From Candidatus Nitrosopelagicus brevis (lineage in GTDB: Archaea; Thermoproteota; Nitrososphaeria; Nitrososphaerales; Nitrosopumilaceae), in assembly GCF_000812185.1 (NCBI RefSeq), contig NZ_CP007026.1, forward strand, positions 779,107-811,106: a DNA stretch of 32,000 nucleotides, written 5' to 3'. The translations under genes and the position numbers were made by a program. The number at the start of each line of letters is the position of its first letter. Within the stretch, counting starts at the first letter, position 1. The notes under the pieces were generated by a model, which was not told the origin of the DNA, ran no database searches, and saw only the letters and a program-made list of their open reading frames with translations. This document shows positions 8,460 through 16,944 of this stretch, in pieces.

Positions 8460-9505
8460 ATTTTTTTTCCCAAGACAAGAGCAAAGTACTTTCGTGAATC
8501 AAACCACATTTCTAATTTTTCGAAATTTGATTCCTTTAGGTATGATTCTATTTGAGAAATAGAGAATTTGTGTGAATTTTCAGTATGAATTAGCTCATCT
8601 TTTGAGAGAGTTATTGATAGATCAGATTTTGGTATTGTAATTGATTGTTCAGATAGTGAACGAAGATACATTTCAATCCGACCTTTTTGCTCGTCATAAA
8701 CTGCATGATGTTCAAAATTTTCGAGATTGAAATCTGCACCAAGTTCTTCATTAATTCTTTTTAGAACATTAAGATTGAATTTTGCAGTTGTTTTTTGAGA
8801 GTCATTGTATGCATTGTGTAGTACTTCATGATCTTTTTTGAGATCTAATCCAATTAGGAATAAATCATCAGATTTCATCAAGGTGTTAATTCTCTGAAGG
8901 AACTTCATACCCTCATTATGATCAAGATTACCAAAGCTTGAGCCAAGAAAGGTAATCAAGTTAGGTTTGTCGTCATAATGTTCAATGAAGTCAAGACCTT
9001 TTTCATAAGTGTCAACAACACCGGTAACTTTGAGATTCTCATAATCCATGCAGAGACTTTTAGCACTTTGATCTAAAATTTCTGAAATGTCTATTGGGAA
9101 ATACTGAAGATGTTTCTGAGATTTGAATAAAACGTCAATTAAGAGTCGAGTCTTTACTGATGAACCGCTTCCTAATTCCACTAAATGAAATTCATTTGAG
9201 AGGTATGGCAGTAGTTTTTTCTCAATACTTTGTAATATTTCAGTTTCAGAATTGTATGGATAATATTCTGGGAGAGTGCATATTTCATCAAAAAGTTTTG
9301 AACCATTTTCATCATAGAAGAACTTTGGACTGATTGATTTTTTTGGTTCTTGAAGTGAACTGCGAATTTCCTCAGCAAAGGTTACAGTAGTACTAGTTCT
9401 AGTTGGTTTGAAATATGTTAAATTATCCTGAATTAGGTGAGATTGATATCCCAATAGCTCCTGTTTAGATTTACTCATCATATTTTGACGATTTTTGTTT
9501 TGCAT
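8456..9505 (-). CDS. egtD: L-histidine N-alpha-methyltransferase EgtD
   Basis: PKFFYDENGSKLFDEICTLPEYYPYNSETEIL, VELGSGSS, FLGSSFGNL and AKFNLNVL follow the mycobacterial EgtD motif order closely. The start is ambiguous, with ATG candidates at 9505, 9481 and 9478. The track start at 9574 overlaps the divergent ABC gene and is unlikely. Confidence 0.85.
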   Translation of the reverse strand: MQNKNRQNMMSKSKQELLGYQSHLIQDNLTYFKPTRTSTTVTFAEEIRSSLQEPKKSISPKFFYDENGSKLFDEICTLPEYYPYNSETEILQSIEKKLLPYLSNEFHLVELGSGSSVKTRLLIDVLFKSQKHLQYFPIDISEILDQSAKSLCMDYENLKVTGVVDTYEKGLDFIEHYDDKPNLITFLGSSFGNLDHNEGMKFLQRINTLMKSDDLFLIGLDLKKDHEVLHNAYNDSQKTTAKFNLNVLKRINEELGADFNLENFEHHAVYDEQKGRIEMYLRSLSEQSITIPKSDLSITLSKDELIHTENSHKFSISQIESYLKESNFEKLEMWFDSRKYFALVLGKKI

Positions 9506-9536
9506 AAATTTCTTATCCCAGTTGAATATAATACCA

Positions 9537-10367
9537 ATGATGGAAGAAATACTAAAAATTGAAAATCTGACCAAAAAATTTCAGAAAAAAAACTTTTTTT
9601 CATCAGATTCAAATGAAGTTATTGCAGCAGATGCGGTAAATTTTTCTCTAAAACAAGGAGAAATTTTAGCTATAGCAGGACAGTCAGGTTCTGGAAAATC
9701 AACTATTGCAAAATTAATTTTAAGAGCCATCAAACCAGATTCAGGAAAAATTTTTCATAATGAAAAAGAGATTAAAGATAATTCAGATGAATTAAAAAAA
9801 TTCAGAATGAAATGTCAAATGATTTACCAGGATCCGTATGATTCGATAAATCCAAGAATGACAATTTCAGATATAGTTAGTGAGCCATTAGAGATTCATA
9901 ATTTAGGTACAAAAGATGAAAGAAAACAAAGGGTGATTGAGACATTACAAAAAGTAAAACTAGAACCTGCCGAAGAGATTGCCAAAAAACATCCACATAT
10001 GTTGTCAGGAGGCCAGAGACAAAGAGTCGTAATTGCAAGAGCAATTGTAGTTGAGCCTGAAATTATCATTGCGGACGAACCAGTATCAATGCTAGATGTT
10101 TCAATTCGTGCAGAAATTCTAGAGTTAATGAAAGAGATTCAAAAAGAGAACAATATTTCGATGATATACATTACACATGATCTAGCTACTGCAAAACATT
10201 TTGCAGATAACATCTTAATTTTAAAATCAGGAAAAGTAATGGAAATTGGAACAATTGAAAAAGTGTTATCAAATCCAGAAAACTCTTACACAAAAGCACT
10301 GATTGCTGCAGTTTCAGAACCGGATCCAAAAAATCTCTATAAAGAAAAGAAAATTTTATTTGAATAA
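9537..10367 (+). CDS. ABC transporter ATP-binding protein, oligopeptide/dipeptide (OppF/DppF-like) type
   Basis: Walker A GQSGSGKST, signature LSGGQRQRV, Walker B IIIADEPVSMLD, and H-loop ITHD. The start was moved to MMEEILKIENL at 9537 to remove the overlap with egtD. Confidence 0.85.
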   Translation: MMEEILKIENLTKKFQKKNFFSSDSNEVIAADAVNFSLKQGEILAIAGQSGSGKSTIAKLILRAIKPDSGKIFHNEKEIKDNSDELKKFRMKCQMIYQDPYDSINPRMTISDIVSEPLEIHNLGTKDERKQRVIETLQKVKLEPAEEIAKKHPHMLSGGQRQRVVIARAIVVEPEIIIADEPVSMLDVSIRAEILELMKEIQKENNISMIYITHDLATAKHFADNILILKSGKVMEIGTIEKVLSNPENSYTKALIAAVSEPDPKNLYKEKKILFE

Positions 10368-10368
10368 T

Positions 10369-10512
10369 TTATGAAAGGTTTGAATCACTACTTGAAGATG
10401 TGAGTTTTGGTTTTCGTTTTTGGTAGGCTTTGTAGACAAGTCCTGTTATAATCATTAATGCTGCAGTTAATCCAGACCACAAAACAAAAGGAATAACATC
10501 TGTATCTGCCAT
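10369..10512 (-). CDS. Small single-TM hypothetical protein (47 aa)
   Basis: Hand translation: MADTDVIPFVLWSGLTAALMIITGLVYKAYQKRKPKLTSSSSDSNLS. That is one clear TM helix followed by a basic stretch. It occupies an otherwise empty 230-nt gap. Confidence 0.4.
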   Translation of the reverse strand: MADTDVIPFVLWSGLTAALMIITGLVYKAYQKRKPKLTSSSSDSNLS

Positions 10513-10570
10513 AATTAGTCTTAATTTACACCAAGATAAACATGTTAAGAAAATAATTGATTGTGTAGAT

Positions 10571-10578
10571 TATAATAT
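10571..10578 (+). promoter_or_regulatory. Candidate TATA box for the geranylgeranyl reductase gene
   Basis: tataatat lies 22-29 nt upstream of the TTG start at 10600. That spacing fits an archaeal TATA at about -26 and a leaderless or near-leaderless mRNA. Confidence 0.3.
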
Positions 10579-10599
10579 TCAAAAAAATAATCAATTTAG

Positions 10600-11808
10600 T
10601 TGGAAGAATTAAATTTTGATGTAGTGGTAGTTGGAGGAGGTCCTGCAGGTTCATCTGCAGCACATATGGCTGCAAAAAGTGGCTGTACAGTTGCATTAAT
10701 TGAAAAAGAAAAAGAAATAGCACAGACAGTTAGAACAAGTGGCGTAACATGGATTTCAGATATTAAAAAATTTGGCATTCCCGAAGAATGTTACAATCCA
10801 ATAAAGAAATTTTCTTTCTGTTCACCAAAAAATTCTGTTAAAATTTCAGGTGAGATTGCAAAGGCTGCAGTATTAGATGTAAGAAAAACATACAGATTCC
10901 TAGCAAATAGAGCAAAAACATCAGGAAGTGAATTATTTACAAGCACAAACGTTACAGAAGTTTTGAAAGATAATACAGGAAAATGTGTGGGAGTTATTGC
11001 AAAATCAGATGGTAAACAAATTCAGTTTAATTCCAAAGTGGTAATAGATGCAAGCGGATTTGTTTCAGTTATTGCCAAAGAACTAGGCTATGTCACTCAA
11101 TGGAAAAAGTTTGGTGCAGGTGCAGAGTTTGAGGTAAAGACAGAAAAATTAGAACATGATAATTGGTGGCTAATGGTAGGACAAGAATATTCACCAGCAG
11201 GATATGCATGGATTTTTCCAACATCAAAAGATACTGCAAGAATTGGAGTAGGGATTGGAAAGCCTGATTCAGATGTAGATCCAACTGTAAGATTAAACGA
11301 GTTGTTAGAAAAGAAATTGGGTCCTATCAAAGATTTAGGAAATATTGAAAAAATAGAATTCCATTATGGTTTGATTCCAAATGATGGACTATCGAGAAAA
11401 ACAGTTTATGATAATTTAATTCTGGTTGGAGATTCTGCAGGTCAAGCAAATCCTCTAGTGTTAGAAGGAATAAGATACGCAATTAGATTTGGAGAAGTTG
11501 CAGGTCAAGTTACAGCAGATGCAATAAAAAATGGAGATACAACAGAGGCATCGCTAAACCCATACGAAAAAGAATGGAAAAGAGCTATCGAATCAAAAAT
11601 TAATTCTGCAGGAAAAGTGCAGAACAGATGGGTAGGATTAACAGATGATGAATGGGATAAGGAATTAAGCATAATTGAAGAGTTAACAGCAGATGAGTTT
11701 CTAGATTTCATTCGTGCAGATTTTGGAGTATCAAAAATGGTAAAGCTTGCAACACATCATCCAAAGATGATTGTAAGACAGCTATTCAATATGGTCAAAG
11801 GTACATAG
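10600..11808 (+). CDS. FAD-dependent geranylgeranyl reductase family protein (likely digeranylgeranylglycerophospholipid reductase)
   Basis: N-terminal dinucleotide fold DVVVVGGGPAGSSAA, a later LVGDSAG motif, about 400 aa. The TTG start is forced because the GxGxxG motif begins at residue 10. Confidence 0.8.
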   Translation: MEELNFDVVVVGGGPAGSSAAHMAAKSGCTVALIEKEKEIAQTVRTSGVTWISDIKKFGIPEECYNPIKKFSFCSPKNSVKISGEIAKAAVLDVRKTYRFLANRAKTSGSELFTSTNVTEVLKDNTGKCVGVIAKSDGKQIQFNSKVVIDASGFVSVIAKELGYVTQWKKFGAGAEFEVKTEKLEHDNWWLMVGQEYSPAGYAWIFPTSKDTARIGVGIGKPDSDVDPTVRLNELLEKKLGPIKDLGNIEKIEFHYGLIPNDGLSRKTVYDNLILVGDSAGQANPLVLEGIRYAIRFGEVAGQVTADAIKNGDTTEASLNPYEKEWKRAIESKINSAGKVQNRWVGLTDDEWDKELSIIEELTADEFLDFIRADFGVSKMVKLATHHPKMIVRQLFNMVKGT

Positions 11809-11860
11809 TCATAATCAGATAGAGGCAAGGCTTTATTCATCTACATTTTGCGGAAGTTGT

Positions 11861-14206
11861 ATGACATTTGAAAAATCTGAATCAGGATTAGTTCGTAGCT
11901 TATCGCTAAAAGATTCAATCATGATTGGAGTGGCATCCATGATTGGAGGCGCCATTTTTGTCCTAGTTGGACCAGGTATGGCACAAGCCGGTGCTGCATT
12001 AATGATTGCATTTTTGCTTAATGGAATTATTACAGTTTTTACAGCTTTGACATATGCAGAGTTGGGTTCTGCATTTCCTGCAACAGGAGGAGGTTACAAA
12101 TGGGTAAGAGAAGGATTACCAAGGCCTAATGCATATCTTAGCGGATGGATGGCATGGTTTGGACATACTATTGCAGGAAGTCTTTATGCAGTTGCATTTG
12201 GTTCATTTTTTGCCCATCTTCTAAAAACATCAGGAGTAATTGGTGATGATACAGGAATTCCGGTAGATAAAATTCTAGCAGTGATTGCAATTATTATATT
12301 CACATTTGTTAATGTCAGAGGTTCATCAGATACTGGAAAGGTTGGTAACGCAATTACATTTACACAGTTAGCAATTATTGGAATACTAATTGTTGCAGCA
12401 ATTGGTGCAATGATGTTTGCAAATCCAAACTGGTCTGATAACTATACAGATTTTCTTCCTAGCGGCGTAGCAGGATTAGCATTGGCAATGGGATTAACAT
12501 TCATTGCATTTGAGGGCTATGAGATAATTTCACAAGCAGGAGATGAGATAAGAAATCCAAAAAAGAATATTCCGCGGGCGATTTTAATTTCTCTTGGAAT
12601 TGTAGTTTCAGTTTACATTTTGTTTACGTTTGTTTTCATCGGAGGATTAAACGAATCAGTAATTGGAATGCCCGCGTGGGAGTTTATTGGAAGTTTTGGG
12701 GAATTAGGAATAATTGAAGCAGCAGATCAGTTTATGCCATTTGGGGCATTAATTGTTCTAGCAGGAGGCCTAGTATCTACACTTTCTGCATTGAATGCCA
12801 CAACATTTGCTGCAAGTCGGGTTAGTTTTGCGATGGGTACGCAGTATAATCTTCCATTTGTATTTAGTAAAATTCATCCAAAGTATAGAACACCATTCGT
12901 TGCAACAATTGTTTCAGGAATAATCATGCTAATTCTGGCAGTATCTATGGATTTGACAGCAATTGCATTTGCTGCAAGTGTGATGTTCCTATTTTTATTT
13001 ACTCAAGTGAACTTGGCATCAATTACAATTAGAAGATTGTACGCATCAACTGTAGAATATGGATTCAAGACGCCTCTCTTTCCGTTGATTCCGATAATAG
13101 GAATTGTGACAGCAATGGGTCTTTCCATTTACTTGCTGTTTACACATCCAGAAAGTTGGTTAATAGCTATTATCTGGATAGCAATTGGTTTTGTTATTTA
13201 CAAATTTTACACATCAAAAAAAGAGTTAGAGCATAATGCACCGTTAGTTTTTACGCAGGGACCAAAGTTACGAAAAAAATACAGAGTACTGATGGTTTTT
13301 GACAAACGTTCTGCAGCAAAAATGTACAAGATGGCAAGATCAATTGCAAAAGATAAGGATGGAGAAATTACGGTTTTAGATGTAGTAAATGTTCCACGAC
13401 AGACACCATTATCATTAACACATGGATTTGGAGACAAGGGATTAAAGGCAATTGAAGAGTTCAAGAGAGAAATTACAGGTTCTTTGAGAAATAGATACCT
13501 AGTAAGATTAGCACATGACCCAACTGAAGCAATTTTACAAACTACAGAAGAACAAGATATCAATACGCTATTGATTGACTTTGACTTTTTGAAAAATAAT
13601 AGAAAATTGCTTTCACTTACAACATGTGACATTATCGGAGTTAGGTTAAGAAAAACATTTGATGAAGATATGAAAAATATTGTTGTTGCATACGATAAAG
13701 GAAGGCATAGTGACTTGGGATTAGAAATTGCCAACTCATTTCAAAAAATGGAGGAATCAAAAATTCGTATTATTAGAGGAGTTATTGAAGATCCAAAACA
13801 GGAAACAGAAATTGTTAACAGAATTAATGAAAAAATGTTTGAATTGGAATTACCGAAGATTCAGTTTGAGAAAGTTTATTCAGATTCAAACATCATAACA
13901 GAACTACTAAAGAATTTCAAAAAAGAAAAGAATGCCTTGTTGATCTTAGGAGCTGGTAACCAAACGGATACCGCATTTAGCCCAAAGACTTTGAGCATTT
14001 TAGATAAGAGCGGAAAATCTGCAATAGTGGTTAGAAATCATAGGTTCTCAGAAGTTCATGCAAGGTCTTTTGCAAATTTCATTATGCCAAAAATCATCCA
14101 GGTGAAATTCATCTATCAGATTTACGTCAATATCATGCAGAAAATTTACACCATGAGAGCAAAATCACACAAGGAACGTGATGATGACGATTATTTTAAC
14201 GCCTAA
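11861..14206 (+). CDS. APC-superfamily amino acid permease fused to a C-terminal cytoplasmic universal-stress-protein-like region
   Basis: The first 460 or so residues are polytopic, with typical APC motifs such as AELGSAFPATGGGYKW. About 310 soluble residues follow, in two alternating beta-alpha blocks: YRVLMVFDKRS...TLLIDF and NIVVAYDKGRHS...LLILGAGN...AIVVRN. Confidence 0.8.
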   Translation: MTFEKSESGLVRSLSLKDSIMIGVASMIGGAIFVLVGPGMAQAGAALMIAFLLNGIITVFTALTYAELGSAFPATGGGYKWVREGLPRPNAYLSGWMAWFGHTIAGSLYAVAFGSFFAHLLKTSGVIGDDTGIPVDKILAVIAIIIFTFVNVRGSSDTGKVGNAITFTQLAIIGILIVAAIGAMMFANPNWSDNYTDFLPSGVAGLALAMGLTFIAFEGYEIISQAGDEIRNPKKNIPRAILISLGIVVSVYILFTFVFIGGLNESVIGMPAWEFIGSFGELGIIEAADQFMPFGALIVLAGGLVSTLSALNATTFAASRVSFAMGTQYNLPFVFSKIHPKYRTPFVATIVSGIIMLILAVSMDLTAIAFAASVMFLFLFTQVNLASITIRRLYASTVEYGFKTPLFPLIPIIGIVTAMGLSIYLLFTHPESWLIAIIWIAIGFVIYKFYTSKKELEHNAPLVFTQGPKLRKKYRVLMVFDKRSAAKMYKMARSIAKDKDGEITVLDVVNVPRQTPLSLTHGFGDKGLKAIEEFKREITGSLRNRYLVRLAHDPTEAILQTTEEQDINTLLIDFDFLKNNRKLLSLTTCDIIGVRLRKTFDEDMKNIVVAYDKGRHSDLGLEIANSFQKMEESKIRIIRGVIEDPKQETEIVNRINEKMFELELPKIQFEKVYSDSNIITELLKNFKKEKNALLILGAGNQTDTAFSPKTLSILDKSGKSAIVVRNHRFSEVHARSFANFIMPKIIQVKFIYQIYVNIMQKIYTMRAKSHKERDDDDYFNA

Positions 14207-14212
14207 TTTTTT
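14207..14212 (+). terminator. T6 run directly after the permease stop codon
   Basis: TAA at 14204..14206 is followed by tttttt. Oligo-T tracts act as archaeal termination signals. Confidence 0.35.
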
Positions 14213-14254
14213 AGATATCTTGAAATAACTGATTAACTTTTAGGAAAATTACAA

Positions 14255-14538
14255 GTGCGAGCTGGTGCACAGTGCTGTTACGACAGAGGAAACTCCTCTC
14301 TCCTTGCAGAAATTGTGGTCCGGAGATGGGCAATCAGAGATGGTTGGCAACAGAGCAGAAAAAAATCTCTCTTGGAGTGTACGATGAGGACAAAATCTGA
14401 GATTTCCAAAAAGAGAATGAGAAATCTGACCCACAAGGAGCAAAGCCAAACAGAACTATAGAATTCTGCATCTGGTTCAGGTAGGCTGCAAAGCGGAATA
14501 ATGTGTAAAACAGAAAGAGGGTTACGGCCAGCACGCAC
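14255..14538 (+). ncRNA. rnpB: RNase P RNA (archaeal type)
   Basis: The stretch is visibly G+C-richer than its flanks. The 5' GTGCGAGCTGG pairs with the 3' CCAGCACGCAC to form a P1 helix with one mismatch. A CR-I-like AGAGGAAACTCC sits near the 5' end, and a CR-V-like ACAGAAAGAGGGTTACGGCC sits near the 3' end. Confidence 0.85.
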
Positions 14539-14540
14539 TA

Positions 14541-15914
14541 TTATTCTGGAGACCAACCTTTTGGCATTGAGCCACGGTCAGATGCACTATCATCAGATTT
14601 TGTTTCTTCTGCTGGTGCTGGTTCAGTTTTTGTTTCTTCTGCTGGTGCTGGTTCAGTTTTTGTTTCTTCTGCTGGTGCTGGTTCAGTTTTTTGTTCAACT
14701 TGTGGATTTTCGTCATAAACACTTCTGTGATGTTCGTAATCATCAGATTTTAGATGTGCTTCACCTCTGTTAGTTTTGTAACCACCAGAGCCTGTACTTG
14801 TATCTGCACCAACTAATTGTGAAGGATCAATACCTGTTTGTACATTTCCGGCTTTGATATCACCTTTACGTTTCTTCTCACTAACAATAAAGACTGCAAT
14901 TCCACCGATACCTGCCATTCCAGCCATTCCGTAAATGATCATGACAGGGAATTGACCAGTAGATGTTGTTGCAAAGCCTTCAGGTGCTTCAGGATAAACA
15001 CCGACAACTTCAGTATTATCTAAAACGTCAATGTTTGAAAATCCTGCAAAGAAAATGTTTGCTGCATCTGCAGATTCAATTGTTCGTAAATCATAAGTTG
15101 TATCAGTAGTAAATGATGCTGCAAATTCTTTTTCTGTTTGAATTCCTTCTCTGAGACTACTCTCTCCCATTGTGTAAGATGACCAAACAACTCCTGCTAA
15201 TTCATCATACATTCCGTATTGTGAAGCATCTACATTGATTCCAGTTGGGTCAAATAAGAAGTGCCAGTTGCCTAATGGTTGTGCTTTAATTCCACTTGCA
15301 TCCATGATTGGAGCATTCAATAATGTTTCAGCTTCACTTCCCAAGATTGCAGAATGTAATCCTGGTGCAACATCAGCAATAAATGAGATTGGTAAGTTAA
15401 TTTCATGAGGAATTCCTTTTGCATTAACAGTAACTTCATCAGGAACGGCTAGTCCTCTCCAGTTCATATCAACTAAACCAGAGTTTCCGCCAGAAGATTC
15501 ACGAAGTACGTGATTTGTAATTGACATAGTTAGAATGATTTTATAATCAATAGAGGTGTTTAAGCCACGACCGGTTAATTTAGTATCATAATCAATTTGA
15601 ACATCAGTTATAGCAGCTGAACTTCCTAATTGAGATATTTGGTAATTAATTCTATCACGTAACTCGTTTACTCCAGGATCAGTAGAGGTTACAGTGAAGG
15701 TTTTTGCGAATTTTTGGCCTCTAAGTTCATCTGCAAGCATTCCACCCTGATCATAATTGATAATCACAGTTCTCTGGAATTTTATCTCAACTTCATCAGT
15801 TGCACCTGGTTCAACCCATGTTCTAAATTCCATTTGTGCTGCAAAAGCAGGACCTACAGTAGATGCTAGCATAATTACTGCCAAAGATGCTACTAAGATT
15901 CCTGTACGAGACAC
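14541..15914 (-). CDS. Secreted, membrane-anchored hypothetical surface protein with a repeat-containing C-terminal tail
   Basis: GTG start and signal peptide MSRTGILVASLAVIMLASTVGPAFAAQ. A roughly 300-aa ectodomain is followed by a TM helix (FPVMIIYGMAGMAGIGGIAVFIV) and KKRK. The roughly 100-aa tail carries three copies of TKTEPAPAEE. Confidence 0.75.
   Translation of the reverse strand: MSRTGILVASLAVIMLASTVGPAFAAQMEFRTWVEPGATDEVEIKFQRTVIINYDQGGMLADELRGQKFAKTFTVTSTDPGVNELRDRINYQISQLGSSAAITDVQIDYDTKLTGRGLNTSIDYKIILTMSITNHVLRESSGGNSGLVDMNWRGLAVPDEVTVNAKGIPHEINLPISFIADVAPGLHSAILGSEAETLLNAPIMDASGIKAQPLGNWHFLFDPTGINVDASQYGMYDELAGVVWSSYTMGESSLREGIQTEKEFAASFTTDTTYDLRTIESADAANIFFAGFSNIDVLDNTEVVGVYPEAPEGFATTSTGQFPVMIIYGMAGMAGIGGIAVFIVSEKKRKGDIKAGNVQTGIDPSQLVGADTSTGSGGYKTNRGEAHLKSDDYEHHRSVYDENPQVEQKTEPAPAEETKTEPAPAEETKTEPAPAEETKSDDSASDRGSMPKGWSPE
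14601..14690. repeat. Three perfect 30-bp tandem repeats within the CDS
   Basis: tgtttcttctgctggtgctggttcagtttt occurs identically at 14601..14630, 14631..14660 and 14661..14690. Confidence 0.95.
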
Positions 15915-16023
15915 GTAGCGATTTTTTTACTCTTAATAATAAATCTAACTTAGAGGATAGTTTTTTGCGATCATTTGGAAGAAGTAATATGTAGTCATTG
16001 TTTTGGGAGTTTCGTAAACAATT

Positions 16024-16944
16024 ATGATTACAATATTGGCTGGCGGCACAGGTTCTATCAAAATGGTTAGAGGATTTGCAGCACATGATCAAGAGGTTAC
16101 AGTAATTAGCAATGTTGGAGACAATTATTGGCTATATGGAATGTATGTGTGTCCAGATATTGACACAATAATTTATGGATTATCAGGAATTTTAGATGAA
16201 GAAAAAGGATGGGGCGTAAAAAAAGATACTAACAATTTCCTAAGACAAATGGAAGTTTTCGGAGAAGAAACATGGTTTAGAGTTGGGGATAGAGATGCAG
16301 CTACACATCTAACAAGAACTAACATGTTAAAGAATGGAAAAAATCTTTCAGACATTACACAATGGATGTGTGAAAAATTTGCAATAGAATCCAAAATTAT
16401 TCCAATTACAGACAATACAGTTGAAACAAGAATTACAGCAAACGGCGAAGATTTGCATTTACAAGAATTTTGGGTAAAACATAGAGGTAGAGGAACTATT
16501 GAAGGAATTCAATATGTTGGAGCAGACAAAGCAAGACCAAATCCAGATGCAATTGCTGCAATTCAAGATGCGGAACTGGTAGTAATTGCACCAGGAAATC
16601 CACTAACAAGTATTGGACCAATGATGGGAATTAAAGGAGTTAGAAAAGAATTAACTAAAAATAAAAAGAAAGTAGTTGCAGTTTCACCACTAATAGGAAA
16701 CAAATCATTTAGCGGACCTGCAGACAAGTATATGGAAGCTGCAGGTATTGAGGTTTCAGTATTTGGTTTAGCACAATTTTATGCAGATGTTTGCTCAAAA
16801 ATGATCATAGATACAAAAGATAAAGCTCAAAAATCAAAAATTGAGGGATTAGATATACGAGTATTAGATACAAAAATAAAAATGCAAAATAAAATAGCTG
16901 AAGAAGCACTTGCAGGATTCATTTTAAAACAATTGAAATTATAA
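16024..16944 (+). CDS. cofD: 2-phospho-L-lactate transferase (F420 biosynthesis)
   Basis: The N-terminus MITILAGGTGSIKMVRGF and the blocks VISNVGDN...PDIDTIIYGLSG, RVGDRDAATHL and APGNPLTSIGP match the CofD family layout. Confidence 0.9.
   Translation: MITILAGGTGSIKMVRGFAAHDQEVTVISNVGDNYWLYGMYVCPDIDTIIYGLSGILDEEKGWGVKKDTNNFLRQMEVFGEETWFRVGDRDAATHLTRTNMLKNGKNLSDITQWMCEKFAIESKIIPITDNTVETRITANGEDLHLQEFWVKHRGRGTIEGIQYVGADKARPNPDAIAAIQDAELVVIAPGNPLTSIGPMMGIKGVRKELTKNKKKVVAVSPLIGNKSFSGPADKYMEAAGIEVSVFGLAQFYADVCSKMIIDTKDKAQKSKIEGLDIRVLDTKIKMQNKIAEEALAGFILKQLKL

Noticed and set aside
9506-9574. The long N-terminal extension of EgtD (and likewise 9495..9536 for the ABC ATPase)
   Set aside because: The two extensions overlap each other on opposite strands. 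They encode hydrophobic or low-complexity sequence unlike the family N-termini, and internal ATGs give lengths typical of each family.
13207-13734. A 175-aa ORF antisense to the permease-USP gene
   Set aside because: It lies entirely within a well-supported CDS on the opposite strand. Its composition is low-complexity and Ser/Phe/Ile-rich, as expected from antisense reading of AT-rich coding DNA.
14249-14556. Four track ORFs of 66-92 aa on both strands (14249..14449, 14255..14461, 14278..14556, 14334..14534)
   Set aside because: They all lie within the G+C-rich RNase P RNA gene. Structured-RNA composition produces stop-free frames, and no protein-like features are present.
14601-14690. Regularly spaced 30-bp direct repeats that could look like a small CRISPR array
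   Set aside because: The repeats are contiguous with no spacers. They lie in frame inside a long CDS and translate to a TKTEPAPAEE peptide repeat.
14541-15914. A possible PEFG-CTERM/archaeosortase sorting signal (PEAPEGF ... TM ... KKRK)
   Set aside because: The motif reads PEGF, not PEFG. The TM is also followed by about 100 more residues rather than ending the protein. This does not fit the C-terminal tripartite signal as I recall it.
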